DNA of 64,000 nt, from NCBI GenBank assembly GCA_043228905.1, contig JBHGNT010000001.1, positions 33,046,001 to 33,110,000 of the forward strand. The letters run 5' to 3'. The stretch comes from Azolla caroliniana. Lineage: Eukaryota > Plantae > Polypodiophyta. The translations under genes and the position numbers were made by a program. A model generated the notes under the pieces. It was not told where the DNA came from and searched no databases. It saw nothing but the letters and a program-made list of their open reading frames with translations. Shown here in pieces: positions 1 to 11,509 of the stretch; within the stretch, counting starts at the first letter, position 1; the number at the start of each line of letters is the position of its first letter.

Positions 1-1900
1 AAATCCTTGCTTCACCATTAAAGAAGGACTGTTTCCATTCCACCCTTGAAACCACGAGGCCGATTCAGTGGCCAGCCAAGTGATTGTTGCGCTCGATACA
101 TGAACCTCAACCCCAAAACGAGCCAAGATTCTTAAGCTCCTCAGCCAGATTTCTTGCGCTCGTGGGCAACACCACAAACAATGAGCGATGTCCTCCAAGT
201 TTGCACTACACGCCTTGCAACCACTTATGCCGCCTCTATTCCCAAGCCACTCTCCCGTTGGAACAGCCTGATGGGTGATTAACCAGAAAAACACTTTGAT
301 CCGCTCGGGAAGGGATGAGTTCCATATCCTGCTCCTGGTTCTATCCACGAAGACTGAATCGATAGCTGCATGGGTCCACTTGTTGGCACATTTCTCACGA
401 TACGAACCTAACTTTCTCCCCAAGCGCGTCGAGTATTCGAAGAAACCTAGTGATTTAGCTTGTTCTCCCTTCCACCTATATTCAGTGGGATCCCATTCTA
501 TGCGCTCGAGAGGCTTGCCTTCAACCACGTACAAGATCCAATCCTCCTCGACCTCTTCGACTGGTGGATTCACCTTCCATTTCTTTCCGTGTCTTGCCAC
601 AATTCTAATAGGGTACCAGCCTGCACTTTCATCTAATAATCCCATCAGGACGGTCTTCCCACTCTTTCCTAGACCCCTGACATTGATAATATTTCCGGTA
701 CCATCACATTATCCAGACCATTCACCCTCTTCCTCATTACCAATAGGAAGCGAGGAGACAGCTGTATTGACTACGTCAAGCATCTTTCTGCCATTTCTGA
801 CCTTTCCCATGTCTTCATATAATTGATCACGATTATTGCCGGACAACCGCAGCCAATCAGCCACCGAGTGTATCCCTAGACAATGCAATATAGCCCACGG
901 CATGCGCTTGCTTTGTCCAAGCATCATTCCTTCTGGAGATTGCACGGTCTCGTTCCACAATAGGGGTTGGCGCATCCATTCAACACTAGTACTTGGACGA
1001 TTCCGACTTAGATGCCCACGAAGCATACTCCACGCCTGCATCACTGACATACAAGTACGATCAGCCAATCGGTTAGATTTCCTCAATTTTAAGTCCATGC
1101 AAAAAGGCCACGTTTTGTGTGACTTCCATTGCCCACCCAGTCTTGGACTCCATAGAATGCTCCTATTATGTATCAATGTTTTCCATAACTCATCACTGGG
1201 TAGCAAGCTTCTTACCAATATCTTACATAACAATGCCTGACTCTGCAATCCAGGGTCAACCAATCCTAAACCCCCCTTACTCTTGGGAAGAATCAATGTG
1301 GACCATGATACTTTGGCTGCCGCATTGTCTTTCCTCATCCCAGCCCAAAGAAATCCCCTAATACACGCTATAACAGTGCGAATAGCTTGCTTGTCAAACA
1401 TCCACACTGAAACTGCATGCCATAATGCAGACAAAAGCACATGGTTAGCTACTATGATCCTGCCAGCCAATGATAAGTTCATCCCTGACCAGTTGCGAAT
1501 TTTGTCACAGATTTTGCTTTGAATATGTTGCAACTGAATTCCCTTGTCGATATCTACCCCAATCCACGTTCCCAGATACCTAGTGGCTTCCCCGTTTGCA
1601 ATCCATTTGAATTCAACATTTGGCTTCCAAACAGGCTCGGGCTCCAAGCTGATCCAAAAACCCTTGGACTTCTTCCAATTAATGGACGCTCCCGATGCCT
1701 TGCAAAAGAGCTCAATAGCACTCTGTGCCCTCTCAAGATTCGCTTCATTTCCTTGGAAGTATAGCATTGTATCGTCCGCGAACTCCGAATCCAGCAGGGA
1801 CTTCCTTGCATTAGGGATCGAAAGACCATGAAGATTTGCCCCTTGGCTATTAAAAAGGGCAGACATTGCTTCAGTAATAAAAAGGAAAAGAAAGGGGGCT
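1..1900 (-). mobile_element. 5'-truncated L1-clade LINE ORF2 (RT C-terminal half to zf-RVT), one premature stop
   Basis: ORF 709..2250 contains RT motifs APFLFLFITEAM, EFADDTMLYF, YLG, and KGGLGL. After the TAA at 709-711 the same frame continues to the window start through a zf-RVT-like CKACSANLEDIAHCLWCCPRAQEIW. Confidence 0.9.
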
Positions 1901-2462
1901 CCTTGCCACCGGTTCTTAAAGGCCACTTGTCGTTGCCACAGAACATCATCTGAACCCTGCAAATCATCATATTGACCATGTAGTGTGTGAACAAACAACA
2001 TCCAAAATTCAATAAGCATAGTGTTGAGATGTATGTGGACATTCTTAAAAACATAATCGCATCTCGCTTTCCATATTATCCAAAGAGCCAATGACGTAAT
2101 AGTACACCAAATGACTAGATTTTTAATTATGATCTGTGGAATAGAAGAAGGAAACGAGGTGAGAGAGAGGTGTCCATAAGAAAAACAAAACACATGAGAA
2201 GCATGTGTACTTTCATACCTCATAACCTCTCCATGAAGGACACCCCACAATATTGTACCTCAAGAGAATATTGAACAAGAGTAGTGTTGTCTCAACAGTA
2301 AAAACAACTTACTCCAAATTTTCTTGATTTTGGGACATAACCAAAACACATGCAAAATCGATTCAGTAGGTGTGCCGCAATGCAATCCACAAACATATTG
2401 TTGATGTTATCTCATGCAATCACCAAATGGAATCAACAACCAACGCAATGCATTCAGTAGGC
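1901..2462 (-). mobile_element. Older degenerate LINE ORF2 C-terminal fragment (zf-RVT region)
   Basis: Minus-strand translation gives CGLHCGTPTESILHVFWLCPKIKKIW (about 2320-2395) and WCTITSLALWIIWKARCDYVF, typical LINE ORF2 C-terminal motifs, interrupted by stops or frameshifts. Confidence 0.8.
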
Positions 2463-4735
2463 GTTGGACATAAGGAACGTCAAGTTCTCAACAAGTGGTA
2501 TCAGAGCGAAATCGACACAGAAAATGGACGAATCGTTTGGCGGCATGTTCAAGCTCACCGGCTCCAACTATTCAGTGTGGAAGTCGAAGATGAGGGACAT
2601 GCTCGTGGTTAAAGACCTCTGGCTGCCGGTTCAGTTCGGGGACAAGAGACCGGACAAAATCGACGCCGCGATATGGGAGGTGATGCACATGAAGACAACG
2701 GCGTACATACGGTGCTTCATCGACATGAGCCTGTACAACAACTTCAATGAAGAGAGCAAGGCTCATGAGCTCTGGGAGAAGATCGGCATGATGTTCCAGA
2801 ACAAAAATGCTGTCAATCAGGCGTCGGTATTCCGGAAGCTTGTAAGACTCCGGTACCAAGATGGCTCCAGCATGGCGGAGCATATGAATGCCTTCCAGGG
2901 GCTGATTCACCAGGCAACGTCATTGGAAGTACCTCTTGCCGATGAGGTCCTAGCGCTACTCCTGCTCGGTTCCCTCCCGGATAGCTGGGAGACGTTGGTT
3001 GTTACTTTGGGCAACGTCGGGCCGGAAGGAAAACGGTTATCCCTAGCAAGAGTAAAGTCGAGCTTGCTAGATGAGGAGGCTCGTCGGAAAGACAAAGATA
3101 CGAGCTCCGACTCCAAAGCGCTCCTTACCGAATCGGAACGCGGAAGACATAGAAACCGTAGTCCCCAGAACCGGGAGAAGTCGGGGACACGATCAAAGTC
3201 AAGGGGGAGGCCTACTTGTTTCTATTGCGGCAAGCCGGGACACTTCCAAAAGAACTGTCGGCATTTCCGTAAAGACAAGGAAACCGACGGTACCGATTCG
3301 AAGCAAAACCCGAACCGGAACGGTACAGACCGGAACGGTAAAGACCGGAGGGGGCCGGACCGGAAGGGAACGACGGCAATTGCGGCAAGTGAAGAGGAGT
3401 TGATGCTCATCACCGAGGAGAGTGAGATAAACCATGCCGGCGATGAGATGACCTGGGTGGTAGACTCCAGAGCGTCGTTCCACCTTACCCCGGACCGGAA
3501 ATGCTTCTCATCCTACTCAGCCGGTGATCACGGCTGTGTCCGGATGGGGAATGAAGGAACATGCCGAATTGTCGGCATAGGAGACGTGTGGCTGACAACA
3601 CCAACCGGATGCAAATTGCTGTTGAAAGATGTCCGACACGTTCCGGAAGTTCGTCTGAACCTGATATCAGCCGGTCGGCTAGATGATGAAGGCTACACGG
3701 AACGGTGTCATGAAGTTCAGCAAAGGGAGCCTGATTGTGGCTCGGGCCCGGAAGGTAAACACACTGTACCTGATGAATACCCGGTTATGTCCGGAAGAAG
3801 TGAACGTGGCTTCCGACACTGCCGGTGAGCTGTGGCACAAGAGGCTATGTCACATGAGTGAGAAGGGGATGAAGAGGCTTGCAGACGACAACCTCATCCC
3901 AGTGAAGAACGTGCATTTAGAGAAGTGCACTGATTGTCTGGCCGGTAAACAGAACCGGACCTCCTTCCGACCAAGGCCACCGATGAGACGTAATGCACCA
4001 CTGGAGTTGGTGCATACGGATGTTTGTCAAGTAGACACGAAGTCACATGCCGGAGCGCAGTACTTCGTGACGTTCATAGATGACCACAGCCGGAAGCTGT
4101 GGGCCACACCGCTGAAGACAAAGGATCAGGTGTTATCCGTCTTCAAAGAGCTCCACGCGAGAGTGGAAAGAGAAACCGGCCGGAAGCTGAAGGCGGTTCG
4201 AGCAGATAACGGAGGTGAGTACCGGGGGCAGTTCGAGGAGTACTGCCGCTCGAAGGGAATCCGACTCGAATTTACCGTGCCGAAGACGCCGGAACTAAAC
4301 GGACTGGCCGAGAGGATGAACCGGACCATAATGGAGAGGGTCCGGAGTATGCTAGCGCATGCAAAACTACCCAAGAAGTTTTGGGCTGAGGCACTGTCGA
4401 CGGCGACATATGTGATAAACAGATCACCCTCAGTACCCTTGGACGGAGACACACCACAGAGAGTATGGACCGGTAAGGAAGTGTCCTACCGGCATCTGAG
4501 GGTGTTCGGGTGTCTCGCGTACGTGCATGTAGCAAAGGACCGGAGAGGAAAGCTAGATCCAAAGACCCGGCCATGCATATTCCTCAGTTACGGTGACGAT
4601 GAGTTCGGCTACCGAGTGTGGGACCCGGTCGACAAGAAGGTATTCCGGAGTCGAGATATTATCTTCATGGAGGACAAGACGCTCGCCGATTGGGAGTCGG
4701 AGAAGAAGATAATGAACTCCGAGTCGACCGGTAAG
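2463..4735 (+). mobile_element. Ty1/copia LTR retrotransposon fragment (LTR 3' stub, PBS, gag, protease, integrase; no RT/RNase H)
   Basis: Gag ATG at 2524, zinc knuckle CFYCGKPGHFQKNC, protease WVVDSRASFH, GAG-pre-integrase LWHKRLCH, and integrase LVHTDVC..DNGGEY..ERMNRT..VFGC. A frameshift lies near 3700. Homology ends near 4735. Confidence 0.95.
2496..2507 (+). other. Primer binding site complementary to tRNA-iMet
   Basis: TGGTATCAGAGC lies 2 nt after an LTR-like ...CA end (2492-2493) and just upstream of gag. Confidence 0.9.
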
Positions 4736-4736
4736 G

Positions 4737-4857
4737 AAATAAATGAACTTTATAGAGTGTAATTTTTTGGACATAGGGGTAGTTTGGTGAATTTGGAACT
4801 TCCAGGGGCATTCTGGTAAATAAATGAACTTCCAGGGGCATCCTGGTACTTTTCCCT
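4737..4857 (-). mobile_element. Solitary Mutator-like (MULE) terminal sequence
   Basis: Reverse complement starts GGGAAAAGTACCAGGATGCCCCTGGAAGTTC, with internal repeats of ATGCCCCTGGAAGTTC and AAGTTCATTTATTT resembling plant MULE TIRs. No partner TIR was seen. Confidence 0.45.
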
Positions 4858-5139
4858 AAAAAATATGCTCCATTGGTACTAAAATTAACAATGCCAAAGG
4901 CAATGTACAAATTGTACATAATAGTTTCCACTCCATAATATATATCATAAAAAAAAGGACTATCAACGATGGCATTTGGCAAGACTCAGCCTTTGCCAAC
5001 ACCACCTGTGCTACAACAACCTAGGATTCCATGAGACCATATCTGTAGTACGAAGTGTCTGAAACCCATTTTCAATTGGCCCTTGTTATGGCCTTTGAAA
5101 ACCTTTCATGTTGCAGCCAACATTGGTTGAATGTGATTC

Positions 5140-6244
5140 CGCATATATTAAAGCTCTTCACTCTATCCATACTCAACATATAACCAAATTCCTACAATCC
5201 AAGAGAATACATATCATGGTGGTAAGGTTGTTGCTATTTGTCAAATGTTTTATATGACAAGATCTTCTTCAGTTGCAGCAGTTGAAGACACGAAAATAGT
5301 CCGTGGTGCACCTGCCGCTTGGATAAAACGTGATGGGCCGCCTTGGATAGCATGTCCTTCATCTCCACTAACATTGAAAATGTACTTGTAATGAATCTCC
5401 CTAAAACAAGATGATCTATGTCCTCCTCACCTCAACAAGAAAATCTGCTTTGATCCCCCACCATCTTCACTCAACCTTATAACAAAACAATTTTTTACTT
5501 CAGTTGGTCCACATCAACCTTATCACAAGAACATCTACAATGATTGTGGTCTTTAGATATTTTAGACAAACATAAGCCATATCGGGATTCAAATTGGCTA
5601 ATGGATATTTCTATCATTAATAGAATGCAAGCATAACAAAATATTAGCAATTCATTATCTCATATTCCAATTGGGGAATGTTAAAGTGCATATTACAAAA
5701 GAGGATCCTTTAAACACATTTGGTCTACTATTAAAAAAGTGAGAAAACCTCATTCTATCACAATAATGTTACTATACATGGTACTAAAAGTAATAAAAAA
5801 GGGGGCACATGAGTGTCCCTCAATTATGTGAGAAAAATAAGGAGGGCCATTGTGGAACCTCTAAAGGAATGGTAATGACCATAGAGATAACAAGTATCAC
5901 AATACTTGCTACCATCATATCATGGAGATCATTCTTGCCATGCATGACCCACATGAGGACACATGTATGCACCTGGTGAACATTATAACCTTTCTCCACT
6001 ACACTAGCAACCAACCTTACACCTAATGCCCCCTTCCCATTGATCAATTCATACATATTAGTTATGTGATTCATGCCAATAAAACCACTCCAAATCATTC
6101 TACCAACATGATTAATATCATTGTCATTGGTCTTTAGGATTCCTAGAGCTTTTGTGGTTGGTTTGTTATGGACAAATAGGATTTCACCGATATTTGTAAT
6201 CATGAATGGTCTCATAGGCTAAATTTGGCCTTCTAATATAAGTG

Positions 6245-6277
<33 letters not shown>
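5140..6277 (+). mobile_element. Highly degenerate 3' end of an RTE-like LINE ending in a (TC)n tail
   Basis: Remnant peptides AYIKALHS..HITK..RIHI and VEDTKIVRGAPAAW are weak matches. The 3' end TGGTCTCATAGGCTAAATTTGGCCT followed by (TC)n matches the 3' end of the LINE at 63068-63137. Confidence 0.5.
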
Positions 6278-6299
<22 letters not shown>

Positions 6300-6475
6300 C
6301 ATAATTAGATTACCCTAGTGGTAAGTTGTTAACCTTTACAAACACTACATCTTGGGTTTGAAACCCAATTTTCTCATCTCTCTATTATATACTTCATACA
6401 TATCTCTTAATTCACTAGATGCCACTGTAATTTTCTCACCTCTCATAGGCTAAATTTGGCCTTCTAATATAAGTG

Positions 6476-6538
<63 letters not shown>

Positions 6539-6668
6539 CATAATTAGATTACCCTAGTGGTAAGTTGTTAACCTTTACAAACACTACATCTTGGGTTTGA
6601 AACCCAATTTTCTCTCCTCTCTATTATATACTTCATACATATCTCTTAATTCAATAGATGCCACTGTG
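6210..6668. repeat. Near-perfect tandem duplication of about 230 bp (LINE tail, (TC)n(TA)n and SINE 3' part)
   Basis: 6210-6428 is repeated at 6441-6668 with only a few substitutions. Confidence 0.95.
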
Positions 6669-6718
6669 GAATGTAGGGGTTGAACCCATTGGGCAACCTT
6701 AGCAACTGAGCTACATCC
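6540..6718 (-). mobile_element. tRNA-derived SINE copy (plus duplicated 3' part at about 6300-6440)
   Basis: Reverse complement GGATGTAGCTCAGTTGCTAAGGTTGCCCAATGGGTTCAACCCCT carries A- and B-box-like motifs. The body aligns with 30621-30822. Confidence 0.8.
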
Positions 6719-7393
6719 ATTTGATCTCTCTCTCTCTCTCTCTCTCTATACGCTATCAAGAAAATAATATTTGGTGCAGATGTATGTTCTCTAATAAAAG
6801 GGACGCATGAAAACATGAGGCAAGATTGCTCACAAGTTACAAGAGTCAAATATTTGCATCATATACTAGTGCAAATGTCTAATAATGATGTGCAAGTATA
6901 ACTGACAACTTTCTCGAGGTCACCACTTGACACTAAACAATGCGAAAAACGATGACAAGAAGGAGTAGGAGGATCACATATTCCTGCAACATGGCAAGAT
7001 TTGGCTGAAGATGGAGATGGATACGAAAAACATGAAGCCGATGCTTGTAGAGAAAACACAGCAAGTCATTTGTGGTGTTGGGTCAGCTTGTAGCTTGAAT
7101 TCCGCCTTGCCAATGAGGAGAATTGAAATCCTAACCACACTACGTGCTATGTTGTGTGTGAATGAGATTCTTTAGGTTCTTTCTAGCCCAATAGGAAAGG
7201 AATCACGGTAAGAATCCAATGATCCATTGTATGAGAGTACGAGAAAGGCAATCCAATCGTATGCATCAATTGGTATACATGGATCCTATCCAGAGCTAGA
7301 GATATATAGATAGAGCCACACTACATATATGCATATTCGTTTCGTTCTTACAGAGGTACTCGGCTCAGCCCAAACCTCTCGAACTGTCAAGCT

Positions 7394-10300
7394 ATGGCAT
7401 TTAGAATAGCTCTGTTTCCGCACTCCCCTCCTCCTTTGATCAGATCCGAGTCACTCACTTCTTCATCCTTCTTCAAGTTTAACCCTCATCTGGGTCTCAC
7501 CAGAATAAGCACTGAAAAGCCCATCAAAGCCTCACTTAATATAAGCAGTGAAACCATAGCCTCTGTGTCATCGTCCAAAAAGCTTCCTGCCCATCTCTCC
7601 CATTTGTCCAAAATGTTTATTTCTAATGACGCTGAGGTTGGTCACCATATACCAGATATGGACTCTTCTCTCCGGCCATTGATTCATGAGCTTACTTTTG
7701 AGGATTGGGTGGCTTTAATATTGGATCTGGGAGAGAATGATGTCAGCATTTCATTGAAGATATTGCATTCTTTAAAAGGATTGGTAAGCGTGGATGGATC
7801 TAGGAATGAGACTGAGAAGAAAGATTCTTCAAAAGAAAGCCGAGAATCTGATGAAGGCTTGAAAATAATTCGAGAACTAGATCAAGGTTCCAATGAAAAA
7901 CAGATAGGAATTCAAGGGTCTGGTACAGATTTTGATGGAGATTCGGTGAATAATGGAGGGTCAGATCCAGCATCCGAGATTTTGTCTTCTTCTTCTATCT
8001 TGAGGATGTATACAGGTCTTCTGAAAGCGTTAGCTAGAAACAAGAGGTTTGAAGATGTGGAGAAGTTGCAAGTTCATATGAAAAAAGATAGCGTGGAACC
8101 AGATTGTGATTTCTACGATGCACTGCTGAAATCATATGCATATGAGGGCCTCTTAGTGAAGGTTTCTGAAGTTTTAGAGGTGATGAAAAAAGCTGGATTT
8201 CAACCCAGTCAATTCACTTACGAGAAGGTTAGCTTGCAAATCTCTAACCACAACATCCATTTTGAAATAAATGTATAGAATGCCCTCCTTAAATGTTATT
8301 ATATTGTCATGAGATTTCACAAAACCATACTTTAATGGAGTGAATTGTCCTAGAGATAGACCCATCAGCTTGTGTGTAGATACCTATGTGTTGGAAAATA
8401 GACCTACTTGGTTTAAATAGGGCTTATTGCATCAGTGGGACTTATTTGGGAAGATTTAAGCCCATTAGCTCCATTACTGTATGATATATTGCTAACCTGT
8501 ATTCTTATAATAATTATCATTTGTTGTTGCGCTCATGTACTTAAGTTACGTGTTACAAGAAATCTTATCATTTGTCTTTATTATTTTTATTCCAGGTTGC
8601 TTTTGCCTATATAAAGCAAGATACTCCTAACATGACTTTGGCTATGGATATTATTAAAGAAATGATGGAAAAGGAGTTGAAAATCAATGTGGGATTGCTC
8701 AAAAATTTGATGAAATGTTACTGGAAAGCAAAAGATGTTATTGGTGCTGAAGCGGTGCTCAAAGCAATGCAAGATTTGGGTCATACACCGGATTTGAAGG
8801 CACGCTAACTTTCTCATACTCATGTGAGTGAAAATTACACTCTAGATATGAATCTATAGCAACTTCATTTTGAAAGAACAGGTTGTACTACTAGTAGGTT
8901 TTTATGATGAAGGGAATTAGAGATAGACACAAAAACAAACCGTGTATAATTTGAAACATAACAAACAAAGGAAATAGCCCATGGAAGTTTACAGCTGTGC
9001 ACAGTAATCTTTTTTTATTGCTATCATGTTTTGTAAATTATTGCCCCATCTCTTAAAATACGGATCTCCACGATGGAATTTACATGCTGATTTTTCTTTC
9101 TTTCTTTTCTACATGTGTACGTAGATTTTTTTCAAGGTAGTACAGCTCCATGGGCACATGGGGAATCATAAAAGGATTGCCGAAGTCATGGATGAGATGA
9201 GTTATAAATGGGGAATCCAACCCAATTCTGGATTCTTTGATTCCTTACTAATTGCGTACTGCAAGGCATCTCTAATGGATGAAGCAAAGCAAACTTTTCT
9301 GAAGTATAAAGAGGTAAGACAAAGTGAAATTTCCTTCGTGCTTGAGACTTATCTTAGTGTATTTGTTTGTTAAGGGTTCTCAGTTAAGGTTTTGCATCAC
9401 GTTTCTTGTTGGGTGGTATTGAAGGTATTGAATATCAAACCAACATTGGTAGCATATAATGTCCTTATACATGGCTATGGAAAGCAAGGACTCCATAAAG
9501 AAGCACTCGAGATATTCGAGGGGATGCGACAGGATGGTTATAAGCCAACGGATGTTACCTACAATTCCATTATCTCTACCATGGCTCGGGCTCAAGATTT
9601 CAAGAAAGCTGCCCAATTGTTGAGAAGGATGAAAAGAGAAGGTGGCTTGCCAACAGTACGTATGTACGTGGATGTTATTCGTTGCTTTACCAAGTGCAAT
9701 ATGACAAGGGAAGGCCATAAGGTGATATTACAATAACAATGTTAATCAGTCCAAGGTTTTTTTTTCCCATGAAGCATTTAAAAAGAAAAGCCCTTTCATC
9801 TTGGATGGCCATTTCCTCCTAAATAAAGCTTTGACAAATATCAAATTACACCCTGCCCCTCTTTTGAGTAAGGGTATCAATTGATATTTACACTGTTTTT
9901 TGTTTGCTTACATATATACACACACATGATCTTGCAGTTATTCAATTCTATGAAGAATGCTTCTTCTCCAGAGTTAACTGAAGGAGCTTATGGAGCTGGT
10001 ATGGTGATGTATGTGGAAGGCCATTGGTATCGGCATGCTGCTACGCTGCTGGAGACCTTAGAGAGAGAGAAGATACCGTTGGATGCATTGGCTCAAGCAT
10101 CCCTCATTCGTTCTTTTGGCATTTTAGAATGTGAACGAAACCCATTGTCCAAATCCGTAAAAGAGAGAAATTTCCAGATTTGCAAATTGCTCACATCCCT
10201 CTTCATTTCAGGACCGAAAGAGAATCCAAATCCAGAGTCTAAGGTGGAACCTAAGGTTGAATCCGAGCTTTCTGAGGCCTTATATACTTTCTTGGATAAA

Positions 10301-10768
10301 TGTGAAGGATCTCAAAAAGAGGTATACAATGCATTCTTGGATTGTTTTTGGAAAAAGGGCTACAGAAACTTTACCAGAAAGCTTTTGAATCATGCAAAGG
10401 GAAAAGGTTTTTTGGATTATACTCAACCTCAATTAGATGAGCTGAAATGGACACTTGATGTAAGAGGTCTCTCAGTGGGAGGGGCCAAAGCTGTAATTAG
10501 CGATGGGCTAGTGAGTATAAACACAAAGGAGGTTCAAGAGAATTTGATGGTGGAAATTGTCACTGGGAATGAGTTCAAACTTGAGGTAATTCAAGATAAT
10601 CGTTACGTGAAAGGGGCCATAAGTAGAATGTTAAAGAACCTTAATTCTCCATTCGTGGACTCGTCAAATGATTCTAAGAAGGTCGAAGCCAGAGTGGTTG
10701 ATGTGGTTGCGTGGCTTTCTAAGGAGGAAGTAAAGGAGGCCATGGGTTTCTCAAGTTTGGTCCATTGA
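7394..10768 (+). CDS. P-class pentatricopeptide repeat protein with C-terminal SMR domain, probably plastid-targeted (about 784 aa)
   Basis: Exons 7394-8227, 8596-8799, 9125-9313, 9425-9721 and 9938-10768 join in frame. It has a Ser-rich transit-peptide-like N-terminus, P-type PPR motifs (e.g. PTLVAYNVLIHGYGKQG, PTDVTYNSIISTMARAQ) and an SMR domain (WTLDVRGLSVGGAK...IVTG). Confidence 0.9.
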
Positions 10769-11509
10769 TGCAAAACCTTCAATTTTCTTTAACCATGCAT
10801 TCTTACAATTTGTCTTGACAACATTAATCATTGAAAACCTATATATAGATGTATCGATATATCGATATAATTAATCTGAGTCATTGTGTAAAATATGATG
10901 AGTTATGCATTACATATCATACTTTATCATCCTGCTTATTAATAAAGAAACTTGCACCTGATGTCTCACAGTCACAAGGAGGTAGACACAGCAAATATTT
11001 AATATTTGATTTACTCCACTACTTTCACTCTCCAATTATTTACAGCTAATTGTCATGTATATTCTCTCATCCTCTAGTATAGATAATATACAACGTATAC
11101 TGATATTGGACCAATGCTATCAACCTTTGATGCCATGGTTATTGACATCTGCAACAATTACTGTTGAGAGTCTTGAACGTGTTGCAACAAAGGATCAGCC
11201 ACAAGAAAAGGTTCATACTGGATGTAGACAAAGCAAGTAGAATGAAAGCATTTTCATGATAGCCACCAGGATTATTTGAGATGGTCACTTGCAATCTAAA
11301 GCAATGGAATTAGACATTATCTTTAACTACAAACAGCAGTAATAAAATTGTTCTTGGAAGGGGAAAATACTTTTCTATTCATTAATATAACCATCCAAAC
11401 TAAATGAAAAAAATACATTGAATATCATTAAAACAACAAATTTGCAAGGTCATGGATGGAGTTACCAAGGATGCAAAGTACTGGCTGGTCTGAAAAAAAG
11501 AACTGAAAT

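Noticed and set aside
275-1831. Several plus-strand ORFs
   Set aside because: Antisense to the LINE ORF2, with no recognisable motifs.
3690-3720. Copia frameshift as a programmed ribosomal frameshift
   Set aside because: Plant copia gag-pol is normally a single frame. The break lies between protease and integrase with a few residues missing, so it is a small deletion.
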